Source: Utricularia gibba (Eukaryota; Plantae; Magnoliophyta). Taken from it: a DNA stretch of 64,000 bases. A program made the position numbers and the translations under genes. This document shows, piece by piece, positions 1 through 11,516 of this stretch; within the stretch, counting starts at the first letter, position 1, and each line of letters begins with the position of its first letter. Below the pieces are notes generated by a model that ran no database searches, had not been told where the DNA came from, and saw nothing but the letters and a program-made list of their open reading frames with translations. The stretch is from contig NEEC01000002.1 in assembly GCA_002189035.1 (NCBI GenBank), forward strand, positions 868,001-932,000, in the 5' to 3' direction.

Positions 1-529
1 AATCGCTGCTTGGAAAGCTTGGGGGAAATGCGATGAAATTTCGCACCTCCGAAAGTTTCGTGGGAAGCAATTCACCTGTGCCACCTTCTACCTAGTCTCA
101 TATCGGCGATTCCAGGTGCGTAGATTGGATCTTCTGTACAGTTGCTTTCGTTGATTGGTAATATTTTTTTCGCTTAGATTTACTTTCTGCAGTGTATTCC
201 CCTAATGCGGCATATGCAAGGACTAATTATGGAGAAATGGCGATATTTTGGTTTTCTGGTGTTGTTTTCATCTCACTGTTAGGTGGAGAATTTGTGTGTT
301 TTATTGGTCGTGGTGTATGGGGTTGATTTGGGTTTGGAGATGTTTTGTATTCGACTTTCTTGCTGAGTTTTAGGTGCCTTGTGGGTTTGGTGTTTGGAAT
401 GGTTTAATTAAAATAGTTCTCATTTGGGATTTTTGAGATAGAAGAGGTACACATAGAATGGTGAAAAATGTTTTATGGACTTCAATATTCTGATGACTGA
501 CAACTTGTATGTAGCACTTGGAAGAAGAG

Positions 530-1303
530 ATGGATGATGTAATAACAGATATCCCACCTCCATCAAGGTTTCTGATTGAAGATTTGAACAATTTCACTCT
601 CCGGGATCCTACACTTCCGACTCCGTTCCTTGATCTCTTTGGTGCTGATGCTAAGCAAACCTTGTCCCCTTCACTCCTCATCATTGCGATGTCTTCCTCC
701 TCTATCCATATTTTACAACACTCGTCCCCGAAAACTCCATTAGGAGCTCTTGTTTTACCTGGTCTCTTGCCTGATGAAAGCAAATCATGTGACATCTATG
801 CCCTCGATAGTTCTAATAAACCTGTTGTGTTCGTGTTGGTTCATACCCCAATTTCTCCTGAGAGAACTCATGCAGTTGCCAAATCACTGATTGGTGATAA
901 GATCAACCCTCAGAATGTTTTGATTCTAGATTCTATCCAGAGCTGTAATTTCCGGGGAAAGCTTATGCATGACGAAGTGACTGTTTTCAAACTGGAGACA
1001 TCACTCGAGAGAAAAAACGCTGATGCCGGGGATTGTCTTCTCAGACAAGTTAACTACTACCCTTCTGGAAGCGTAGTGGATGGACTGGCTGCAGCACTTT
1101 TGGCACGCTGCGAAATGAAAAGGATCAAGGGCAGCCTGTGCTTGTCATGGCCTGAATTCGGTATCCCGGTTATGTCTATGATCAAGTCCATTCTGGAGAA
1201 GGATGTGCTGAGTGGCGTAGAGTTCAGTGTTGATGGAAACCATGAAGAGTATCTGAAGCTGAGCCGGAGGAAGCAGAGTAGATGCTCTGACTTGTATGCT
1301 TAG
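530..1303 (+). CDS. PBAC1: Proteasome assembly chaperone 1-like protein (PAC1/PSMG1 family), single coding exon, ~257 aa
   Basis: First ATG at 530 (the track starts at an upstream TTG). N-terminus MDDVITDIPPPSRF resembles the plant PBAC1 N-terminus as I recall it, and the protein ends in an HbYX motif (LYA*). Family assignment is from memory. Confidence 0.65.
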   Translation: MDDVITDIPPPSRFLIEDLNNFTLRDPTLPTPFLDLFGADAKQTLSPSLLIIAMSSSSIHILQHSSPKTPLGALVLPGLLPDESKSCDIYALDSSNKPVVFVLVHTPISPERTHAVAKSLIGDKINPQNVLILDSIQSCNFRGKLMHDEVTVFKLETSLERKNADAGDCLLRQVNYYPSGSVVDGLAAALLARCEMKRIKGSLCLSWPEFGIPVMSMIKSILEKDVLSGVEFSVDGNHEEYLKLSRRKQSRCSDLYA

Positions 1304-1695
1304 CTCTTGAGCCCTTGTGCAACTTGTGCCCATTTTGCATTCTTCACTCGGGGATATCTGTTCTTACAATTACACTGAACATCTCCCGTTCTACTAGGCA
1401 TTCATTTTCCATATGGGAGTTAGACGCCAGTGTTGGGTTTCCTTGTAAACAATTCATGTTCTCAAGCTGCAAACTTTGACAACAATTGCATAGATGGATA
1501 TTGGATAGTGGTGGTAGGCAAACCAATGAATTTATTAGCTAGGAAATGAAAGAGTTCAAAGGCGACATAACCGTCGCGAGCAGGCACAGACAACCGCACG
1601 CACAACTACTAACGACATAGTCGTCACTGTTTATTGGAAGCAGACAATAACAAGCTGGAAAATGCAACTCCTTTTCTTGTTCATCTTCGACTGGA

Positions 1696-2784
1696 TCATT
1701 CTTCCCTGCCGTCCGTATCGGAATCTTCTCCAGCGAAGCATTTCAGAATGGATATCGGAGACCCGCAGAACCCAGTAGTCATCACGAACTTTTGGAACAT
1801 GATCGATCCTCCCAGCTCAAGGCCCTCGGTATATTTTTCTTCACAGGAGTAGCCTTCGATGTCAAGTTCCCGGATATGATCATAGAGTTCAGTGCCATAT
1901 TCAGCATGCACGGAGATGGAGAACTCCTGTGGTTCAAAACAAGATAGAACCCTCTTGATCAGCAGTTCCAGATTCATATTCTTCAAGTCGTATCCAGAAG
2001 CTTCGAAGCTTGCATAGCTAAATCCATCCTCCGGTGTAATGTGGATAGTGGACAATGCAGCATCTTCTATAGAGTTCATCGAGTAGCCACATGGCTCGAA
2101 CTCGAAGTCACAGATATCAGATTCAGGAAGAATGTCTCTTATACCAGATGTCTTGGTCATCAGAGGAGCCGAGCTGGACTCAGCCTTGTAGAAAACAGAA
2201 GCCTTCTTCCTGTCCAATCCTGTCATGCACATTTCCAAGGTGTAAACCGGATCAACAGCTTCAGTGGCATCAGCGGACGCAGAGTAAACATGCCATTTTT
2301 TCGGTTCTTCAGGGTTTCCTATCACATAGGCTTTGCTGCCATGGGAACCAAGATTACCAAAATAACTATCAAGGACAGCCACTTCTTCAGAAAAGCTGCG
2401 GTGGGGAAATGTCTGAGCTCCAGGGAAAATAAAGCTTCCACGGGTATAGATGACATTCTTGACAGATAGACGCTTGGACTCGGCCAACTTCAGGATGGCA
2501 GGGACTGAGAGAAGCAGCTTTGTTGTCCCACAAGTCTTGATGATGATCTTGTAAGGGTACACGAACAGGCTCGATTCGGAGAGGACATAGGAATCAAGAT
2601 GCTCATTAGACCGAGAGGAAACTATTGTGCATTCAGCAGGTTGTAGAAACTCATCGAGCTGGGACTTGGAAAGAGAGCGAAGACCCTTGCCTTCCGGATC
2701 AGCAAAATATCCAGGCTCAATGAAGGAAATCTCAAGCCTCTTTTCATAACCTTCAAATCCGATTGCAGAAGCAGTGACAGCCAT
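1696..2784 (-). CDS. SAMDC: S-adenosylmethionine decarboxylase proenzyme, intronless main ORF, 362 aa
   Basis: [15 protein letters not shown]-terminus, [14 protein letters not shown] (E/S autocleavage, pyruvoyl site), KTCGTT, PCGYSMN and [14 protein letters not shown] motifs. Confidence 0.98.
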   Translation of the reverse strand: MAVTASAIGFEGYEKRLEISFIEPGYFADPEGKGLRSLSKSQLDEFLQPAECTIVSSRSNEHLDSYVLSESSLFVYPYKIIIKTCGTTKLLLSVPAILKLAESKRLSVKNVIYTRGSFIFPGAQTFPHRSFSEEVAVLDSYFGNLGSHGSKAYVIGNPEEPKKWHVYSASADATEAVDPVYTLEMCMTGLDRKKASVFYKAESSSAPLMTKTSGIRDILPESDICDFEFEPCGYSMNSIEDAALSTIHITPEDGFSYASFEASGYDLKNMNLELLIKRVLSCFEPQEFSISVHAEYGTELYDHIRELDIEGYSCEEKYTEGLELGGSIMFQKFVMTTGFCGSPISILKCFAGEDSDTDGREE

Positions 2785-2927
2785 TTGAGGAAGCAGAGAG
2801 AGCAGCAAGGAAGAATGCGGGCAGGAGAGCAGCGAAAAGGAGTGCAGGAAGAAAATAAAACGCTAATCTAGAAAGCAGAAAGTTTCACCACGTCCAACGA
2901 CGTGATCAGGACACTCTCTTGGGGATA

Positions 2928-3173
2928 TCAGGATGGCTTGCGGGCGCACTGCAAAAGGAGAAAATTATTTGGTGTCAGAATGCTATAACCTTCTGAGGCT
3001 GAGAAACAATACTTTGGGCTCCTTCGTAAAAGTTGGAAGCTTACGTTGGAGTAGGCAGCAGATCTGTACTTCTTGATTCCTCCGTTAGGGCGAACGTCTT
3101 CAGTGATGTAGCCAAGGGGAGCTTCGTAAAAGGACCTACTACTGGACTTCTTTTTTCCACCTTTAGACTCCAT
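2928..3173 (-). CDS. SAMDC small uORF peptide, join(3045..3173, 2928..2948), 49 aa
   Basis: MESKGGKKKSSSRSFYEAPLGYITEDVRPNGGIKKYRSAAYSN / CARKPS*, split by a GTAAGC...TTTTGCAG intron at 2949-3044. This is the conserved plant SAMDC uORF. Confidence 0.95.
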   Translation of the reverse strand: MESKGGKKKSSSRSFYEAPLGYITEDVRPNGGIKKYRSAAYSNVSFQLLRRSPKYCFSASEGYSILTPNNFLLLQCARKPS

Positions 3174-3181
3174 TAGATCAT
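3173..3181 (-). promoter_or_regulatory. SAMDC tiny uORF (ATG ATC TAA) overlapping the small uORF start by 1 nt
   Basis: Minus strand reads ATGATCTAATG: the last A of TAA is the A of the small-uORF ATG, the canonical polyamine-responsive arrangement. Confidence 0.9.
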
Positions 3182-4560
3182 CAATGTTTTCTACAAGAAA
3201 ATAAGATACATTTAGAGACACATTCTGAAGCATCAAATATCACAAAGAGCTGCGCACTTGTATAAAAAAAGGCATCAGAACCCAAAGCAAACACGACACC
3301 ACACCCAAAAAAAAACAGAGCATCAGGCACATTAATCTAGAATCACGCGAAAAACATAAACAATGTACTTCTCAAGAGTGAATTTTGAAGATACGAAAAC
3401 CCTACATCTCCTCAACTGCTTTCTACAGGATATCTAAAAACAACGAAAATCGCGGTGGCAACGAATAACAAACATGAACATCTACGAAACGCCGGAAGTT
3501 ACAGTCTTTAAACCGCTAAATCTTTATAAGCTGACGCGGAATTCACACACGAAACGCATAGACGCTGTATCTCGGGCGTTAAAACAATCATTCCACACAG
3601 TCTAGATCTGACATGAAGCGAACGTCTACCGAACGCTCTACGCATTCGTTGTCCTCCGTACAAAACACTTAAAAAAAAGATTTCCGGAAAGCAACAACAC
3701 ACCATTCATGCATAAACGTTTTCAAACTTACATTCAGATTTCTGATTTGTTTTTCCAAAATTCCAAAAGAAAACAAAATCTTCTTCAATGGTTCCTGCAC
3801 GGAAATCAACACAACAAAATCAAGAAAAACAAAAACGCAAAACCATCCGGTTCAAAACTCATCGAAGCCGCTTACAAAGATCTGAAAAGGCTTTCGCACG
3901 CCGCTCACGAAAGAGACGATCTCTGGGAATGCGAGGAAGACGAATTTATCGGCAGGGTATAAAATACACGGTTAGGTTGTTTGGAGCGAGTCTCGTGGAG
4001 GCACGGGAAATATGGGTGGACGTTTGCATATATTTATAGCAGCCCCCTTTGCATGATTGCCACCAGAGTTGCATTATATTACAACCTTGCCCTTCTTTCT
4101 ATCTATTCGAAATCGGAAAAGTTCGAATTTCGTATCAGAATCAAAAATCGAAATTTCGAAAAAAAAAATTTGAACAAACTCCGAGAAATTTTAAGGAAAT
4201 TAAAATCTTGACTATAATAAAGTCCTTAACTTCCGGAGATTCCACTCATATTCGCACATTTTAAAAATAAATAATCAAAATGCAGACCAAATTTGATTCT
4301 AAATTATTGTTATTAATTCAAAAAAATCATATAATATAACAAAAAGTATATAAAAAATCAATATCGCAAATACAGTAAAAAAAGATTAATTAATATTGTA
4401 AATAATTGGGAAATAATATTGAAACTATTCCTATTTACACCTGCCGACCCAGGCGCAAGTTGAATTTATTAATTTTATGCTGAAATTAATTCCATATTTC
4501 GTCTTATTTAATATAGAAAATAAATAAATAAATAAGAGGTGTTTTGTGGGCTCCGTCGAC

Positions 4561-5167
4561 TCTGTAGATGTAATTTTCTGTTTTGGTTTCCAAAATAGAT
4601 GAGGTTTAGAAATAATTAATGAAATAGATGATGTTTGTTTTTTGGTTTGATAAATAAATGATGTTACTAAAACATTAAATTGTAATTATTTAATTATTTA
4701 TTTTCTATGAATTTAAATGACAATAAATAATCTTATGAATTGATTATATCTAAATAATGCTTTAATATTTAATTAATTTAAATTACAAATCATTAAAAAT
4801 AAATAAATAATTTTTTACATTTATTTAAATTTAAACAAATGGTTTATATATAATAACTTGATTTTTTTTATTTTCTAAATTAAATATATGTAATTATTTA
4901 TAAGGAATTTATAGTAATATTAATTTATTTGTATTAGCAATTTTTAAAAATATATATTAAATAGCATACATTATTTTGAAATATTATGAAAATAATATAT
5001 AGTTATTTATTTAATAATTTTTAACAATAATTAGATAAATCGTTTTTATAAAATTTCGAAACTCATTTATTTTGTAAACCAAAACTCAAACATCATCTAT
5101 TTTGGAAACCATTTTTAAACATCCTCTATTTTGTCAAAGAAAAACTGAAAGTACATCTAAACAGGTC
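4561..5167. mobile_element. Degenerate MITE-like element (~100 bp imperfect TIRs around an AT-rich core)
   Basis: 4564-4661 (gtagatgta...aaatagatgagg...tttggtttgataaataaatga) is an imperfect reverse complement of 5063-5159 (tcatttattttgtaaaccaaa...catcatctattttgg...gtacatcta). No clean TSD seen. Confidence 0.55.
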
Positions 5168-7154
5168 ATTTACTCGTGTTTTGTGTGTGTGGCAGGCACA
5201 ACTGTCACGACAATGGTCCGTCCATGTCGTGGGGCCCGTGTGGGGCTGCTCCGGAGATATGCGTACGGGCGTGGGAAGATACAGCCAGCTGTTGGTTCTT
5301 GATTTTGAGTGCAGTGAAAGTGCGAATATACCCCTCCAACATGGCAAGACAAGGAGATAGCGCCTCTGCTGGTAACCCCACCTGGCGGCTTGGCTCGCGC
5401 CGGCTGCTTTTGACTTGGGACTCGTGGGTAGGATCCATATCTTCTGATAGAGACTGCAACGGCTGGCCTCGCTGTCGCTTTAGCCTCGGCTCCCACCCTT
5501 TAACCAGTCCACGTTCACTCTCATCACCACCCAACGGAAAACCCGCCGACGACCCTTTTACTCGGGGTGATGTATTCAGGTATAGATGGGTTGAGTCAAA
5601 ACGAATTTAAAATTTAAATATATAATAAATATGAATTATATTTTTTTAAAAAATAATTTTAATTAATTATTAGTGATTTATAATTTTCATATATTTTGAA
5701 CACATTATTGTATTTTTGTGATGTAGTTATTTGTTTTATGTAACCAGATTTGTTTTTTTGTAATTATTGGTAATACATAATTTATAAATCTATATAATTT
5801 TTTATCGTATAAACTACAATACATCTATCTGTTGTATAAACTCAATTAGCATGTTGGCTATCCAAACCACACAAAGGAAATACTCTTAGTATGGTGTTAA
5901 AATTCAAGAGTTGATGAATCTAACAAGCACATATGTAATATAATGATATTTAAGTATACGATAAATATAAATTATATTAAAAAAAATTTAATCTCAAATG
6001 ATTATAAATCATTCAAAATTATTATATATTTGATCACATTATTTTAAATTTCCAATGTAATATTGTTTGTTCTAATATAATGAACATTAATCCATGGCCG
6101 AGAATGCGACTGTCATGACATTAGCGACTCTCTAGAGAAGTGGAGTATGAATGAATTTGGGTTTTAATCATGCACTTCATCAGACTACGCAACTCAAAGA
6201 ATATACGTGAGGTTCTCTTTGGAAAAGACCATTTTGAAAAATAATGATTCTATACATTTTACTCAACACAAAAAATAAATATTAATAATAAATATGATTA
6301 TTCTTCACACACATAAAAAGAGAAATAATTATTTTTTAAAATCATTAACTAGGCCCACAATTACATGAGTCCCATATTTGGTCAATAGTATATATTTTTT
6401 TAAAAGAAATATCACGAACAACAGAAAATTAATTTTCAGTTTAATGGAGAATATTCATCAAACAATAAATTATTTTAATTTATTGAATCAAATATCTGAA
6501 TAATCAATCAGAATTTTTTCATTATAAATTTATTTACTATATATTAGTTTTTATATTAGTTTTACACTCCAATTACCTGATTTCCAACATATTTATGAAT
6601 TTTCAGATATTTGATTATATAATTCAGACAGGGTCGGGCCCACGTATGGCATCTAAAGACACACTTGCTCAACCAACTTGCCTTCATTCTGTCCAATCCT
6701 TAACGATGATCTACCAAATGCAGTACGATTAATTATCATCAAGATGTGGTTTCTAAATCTGGCCACACAAAAATACGAAATTATCAGAATAAATAATTTC
6801 ACATTCCTAAATTAAAATGATATTATCAAGTATATTATAAATTACTAATGATTGTTTGAGATTAATCTTTTTGAATGTGAAATATGTTTATTATATATTT
6901 GGATTTCAAGTATGTTTGTTCGATCGGTAAGATTATTAATTAATTTAAACAGAAACAATATTACTTTGGAATATTAATTCAACTAATAATAGTTGAATTT
7001 ATAATAATACAATTCCGTACACATGGGCGTGCGAAACTCTTTTATTTTCCTTTTGTTTGACTACTATACAAAGGTGCATCATGCATGAATGGAATCGACA
7101 TTCCCACACACGGTACTCCTGTAAGAAGCGGGCAAAAATGGGGGCTTCAGTGAT

Positions 7155-10100
7155 TCAACTATCTGTACAATCTGGTATCTGTGGTTTGTGTGCTTTGGGT
7201 TGCTTTTTTCTGGCCATGGCGCGTGCTGTAAATCCTACTGTGGTGCGCCTTATGGAAGTTTGTCGGAAATTCTCGCAGTGGTCGGCGTCCTCGGCTCGGC
7301 CCTCGTGCCTCATCCACTGTATCTGGGTGTGATACATTGGGAAGAACCGAGTCTGAATGCTTTTGTATACAAAGTAAGGCACCAGGGCTGAGATCACAGC
7401 GAAAAAGGTCACAATGTAGAAGGCTGGAGTCGGCGCGAGACTTTCGACGAACACTTGGTATGCAGTCGTGGAGAGGGATGGCGGTATGGCACCGTACACG
7501 ACCAGGAACAGGTACCACACAGCAACCCCGCCCCATATGAAGATGTGTTGGATCAGGGTGAAGTAGGCGATGGCCAGGGCGATTTGGCAATTCACCACCC
7601 ATACGACGCTGGTGTACATTGTGGCTCCGAGGATCTGGAAATCCGCCGGCTTGCCCCCCCGGTCGAATGCTTGAGGGGTTAAGGCTCTCGTAGTGAAGAA
7701 GAAGATGATGGCTGCGGCGCTGACGCCGTTGAGCATCCATCCGATTATCCGGCGCCAGCTGAAGAGGAGATTTTGAACACCCTCTTGGTATAGCAGAGGA
7801 AACTGTCATTTCAAGTTCAGGCATGAGGTTATGGGTGAGATGCAAAAGTGGAGTGGGAAAAAAGGCGAACCTTTACACAGTATCTTGCAGACAGGTCTTG
7901 ATCGAAGACACCCAGAGCGATCACCGGCAAGGAGGTGAAGCACACATTGTAAAGTGACAAAAACCAGTCATTGTAAGCCGGCTGCCCGGAGAATGTGGTG
8001 AAAGCTTCATAAAAGAAGACGGTGAAGCCAAATGCAAGGTTCTTGTAGAAAAAGTAGCAAATCTGCAGGAAGTTGATCAAGGATGGAGATCAGATTTGTA
8101 GGTAAGTGGCAAGTTACAGAGTCTGTTTAAGATCTGACCATTGTGGATATTCTTCTGTAGCACCAGTGCCCGTGTACCAAAAGCAAGCGCTCCAGAAATC
8201 TGAACTGAGCAATAGCAACATCGCTTGACATGGCGGCCTGGATTATACGAAGAGTGAAGTGAAGATTCAAGGCAAGAACTCGGTAAAATACAGAGCATCA
8301 GCCTTTATTCACCTGCATTCCTTCAACACCACTTATTCCGATTCCGATATCAGCTTCTTGAAGCATTCCCACATCGTTGGCTCCATCACCAATTCCTAGA
8401 GTTGTTTTCTTTGTCCCTTCTTTGACTAGCCTCGTCACCTGCATATTCAGAAGCATTGTCAATACTTACAGAAACTGATGCAGAAAGGCAGGGAGTGGTC
8501 AGAACTCACCAGGGCTTTCTGCTTTGGAGACGAGCGGCAGCAAATAACAGATGCGCAGCCTATGGCAAGTTCAAGAAACATATGTTTCACATCATATTCT
8601 AGAGCATAGACAAGGGACTTCCCATCAATTATCAAGGCAAAAGCATCGGTGTTATGTTTGGATACTTCAGCCTGTCCATGGGTGATTTGCTGGAGGACTC
8701 GTATCTTTGAAGCCTGCACAATAAAAGTTCAGCTGTGACTGTGTACTTTTCCATTGGCATTGTGCTGCAGTTTACACTTACCTCAGCAATTGCATGTTTG
8801 TCACCTTCTTTCTCCAATGCTAAAATTTCAGGTTGGTCTAAGGTAATAATAATTTGTCTCATTCCTTGTCTGAGTATGCTGCAAGCATAGCTGCACCATT
8901 GCTTCTCACAATCAGAAGGCAACTATGGATCTGGTTCTTGTTCATTTCTCTGATAAATTTACATGAATAGAGCTACTATACCCAATGTTGATTGCAGTTT
9001 CCATTTTGTCTCCGGTCAGAACCCATAGTTTTATTCCTGCTTGAGCAAGTTTGTCTATGCATTCAGGAACCTGAAAGGAAGAACGTGAGAACCAAAAGAG
9101 GAATCTGCACTGAAGACATTTTTTGATGGAGCTCACCCCTTTTTGAAGCTTGTCCTCAACAGCCGTTGCACCTAAAAGAATCAGATCTTTCTCAACTTCA
9201 TTGGTGGCATCATCAACCAGCGCATCACGATCAGCAGATACGGAGTTTTTTGCAGTTAAGAATTTGGCATTGAAGGCATTGTATTCCTCTGTGCTGAGTT
9301 CCCGATAAGTAAGAATCAGAGTCCTCAAACCTGCATCAGCATACTCGTCCACATGATGTCTGGTCTCTTCTTCGTATTCCCTTCCATGTTTTGCGAGTCT
9401 CTCAAACATGACACTGTAAATGAGATCATACGATCAGGAGGATGTTTGATACACAGTCTATCAGATGCACATACAGGGAAATGGAAGGAAGCAGAGGAAG
9501 TAACCTGTCTGCACCTTTACAGAGCAAGAAAAACCTCCCATCCTCATCTTTTATGATCACAGACATTCGCTTTCTTGCACTGTTGAACTCCAAAACATTC
9601 AGCAGGCTGTACACTCTGCAGTCACCAAAAAACTCTTGAGGATATGAAGGAAGATTGAGTGTAAGATGGCATTTTTCAAGGGAACCGACCTCTCAACCCG
9701 TTTTCCAGAAGCAAGATCAAATTCATTGATGGCAACACTGGTTTGAGTTCTCCTAAAAAACTCAAAGCCAAGTTCCCTGGCTGCAATGACAAAAGCAGCC
9801 TCATCAGGTGACTCGGCTTCATAGGTTACCTTCCCAGACCTTTCATCAACATCAGGTATTACTGTGTGACAAACAGCCAGCAAACGGAAGAACATTTGGA
9901 TGATGCTGCGGTGCTGCTCATTCACCCAGTTTCCATTCACAATTCGCTCATCTACAAAGTTATATCCTTTGACAGATAAGCCTCTTGAGGTATGCTCAAT
10001 GTCATCTTTTCCATTTGCTAATGAACTGCTGCCTTCTCTTTTAGCCATTGCCTTTTCAACCTCAGTGACACCCCGGCCATAGGCTATACCAGCAATGGAG

Positions 10101-11516
10101 CATTTGATGAACTCCATGGAGTTGCAAGTCAATGTGCCGGTCTTGTCAGAGAGGATGGTATCAACTTGGCCTAATTCCTCCATAAGATTCGAGGTACGGG
10201 CGTTTGCTGGTTTATCAGTGTCTTCATAGTACATCTTAGCATCTTGGTTGATGAAAATGGTTTGAAGAATTTTAACAATCTCTATAGATACATACAATGA
10301 AATAGGTATCAAATAGCCGTAAAGCTGCATTACTGTCAAGAAGTGATATATCCCTGCAACAGGAGCTCTATGCGGATCATAGAAGACGGTAGTATTTTCC
10401 GGTTGAAGATACCATCTTTGATGCCCTTTATCCAGATCTCTTCGTGTCACAATACCAAAGTACACGGATCCAATAAGAGACATCACAGAAAGAAGACCAA
10501 AGAGCATGTAGATAAGCTTGTCCATTTTTTTTTCAACATTGCTTCTCTTTGAAGGTGGATCCATGGCATTCTGCATTACCTTTGTGTCATGCCCTGTAAA
10601 GATCACAGCTCCATAGATATACTCCGTGTTCCGCAGCTTAGAATCACGGAGCAGCAGTTGTTGAGGTGATAGAGGATATTGCTGTTCTTCATACTCCATA
10701 CTACCAACAAAACTGTATAAGTTAGCATTAGGATCTTCACATTTGACAACAGCCCTGAAGTTCTTTACATCTTGATTTTCAGTCACTGATGAGGTCACTT
10801 CTAATGCTTGTTTAAGTTTTAAATTCGTCTCTCCATCAAGATTCATCGTCTCGACGTAGCACACAGCATCTTCATAACTAGATGAAATCAATACCAAATC
10901 TGCAGGAAAGAACTCATCTTTCAAAACCTTCACTATGTCTCCTACGCTCAGACTTTTCCATGGTGTCCCCTCGAACTCTCCTTGACCTTGATGAACCATA
11001 ACTCTTCTATTGTTCACCTCGATATCCTAATATTCAGCAAAATAACCTTGATGAACAAAGTCAAACTAAGTAGAATCATCAGATGAGATGTTTGTTCATT
11101 GCAAGGAAAGCAAATTTTATTACCTGCTGTTTTCTTCTCCAATCTTCAATTCCCTCTTTGACCATACTGATGCCAATCACTATAACAAGGGGAATGACGG
11201 CACTTGTTGCAGAGTAAGGAGCCAGCGGTGTAAAAGACAATATACCTGTGACTAGGAAGTAGAAGTTAGCGACTCTTCTGAACTGCTCAAACAGAGACTT
11301 GGGGAAGAATGAAACTGCTGTGTACTTTGTTGTCTTAACATAGTTATCAGCATAATTCCTAAGACTTGCTTCTTGCCCATTTGGCTCGTTGCAGTAAACT
11401 ACTCGAGAAAAACCAGGCCCACCAATCTGGGAATGACCATCTTTTGCCTCCGCCTTCCTACACTTGAAAGTGTATATCTTACTCAAATGCAGCTTCTTTT
11501 TCTTCCCCGTCCCCAT
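7155..11516 (-). CDS. ALA: P4-type ATPase phospholipid flippase, ALA9/ALA10-like clade, multi-exon, apparently intact
   Basis: [36 protein letters not shown] phosphorylation site, [31 protein letters not shown] and YFFYKN motifs on GT-AG exons. ATG at 11516. Confidence 0.97.

Noticed and set aside
370-795. 141-aa minus-strand ORF
   Set aside because: Antisense shadow of the PBAC1-like CDS; no independent signature.
2041-2469. Plus-strand ORFs inside SAMDC
   Set aside because: Antisense shadows of a conserved CDS.
5340-5365. aaggagatagcgcc resembles the 3' part of miR390 (a possible MIR390 or TAS3 locus)
   Set aside because: Only a partial match, with no fold-back partner and no tasiARF sequence nearby.
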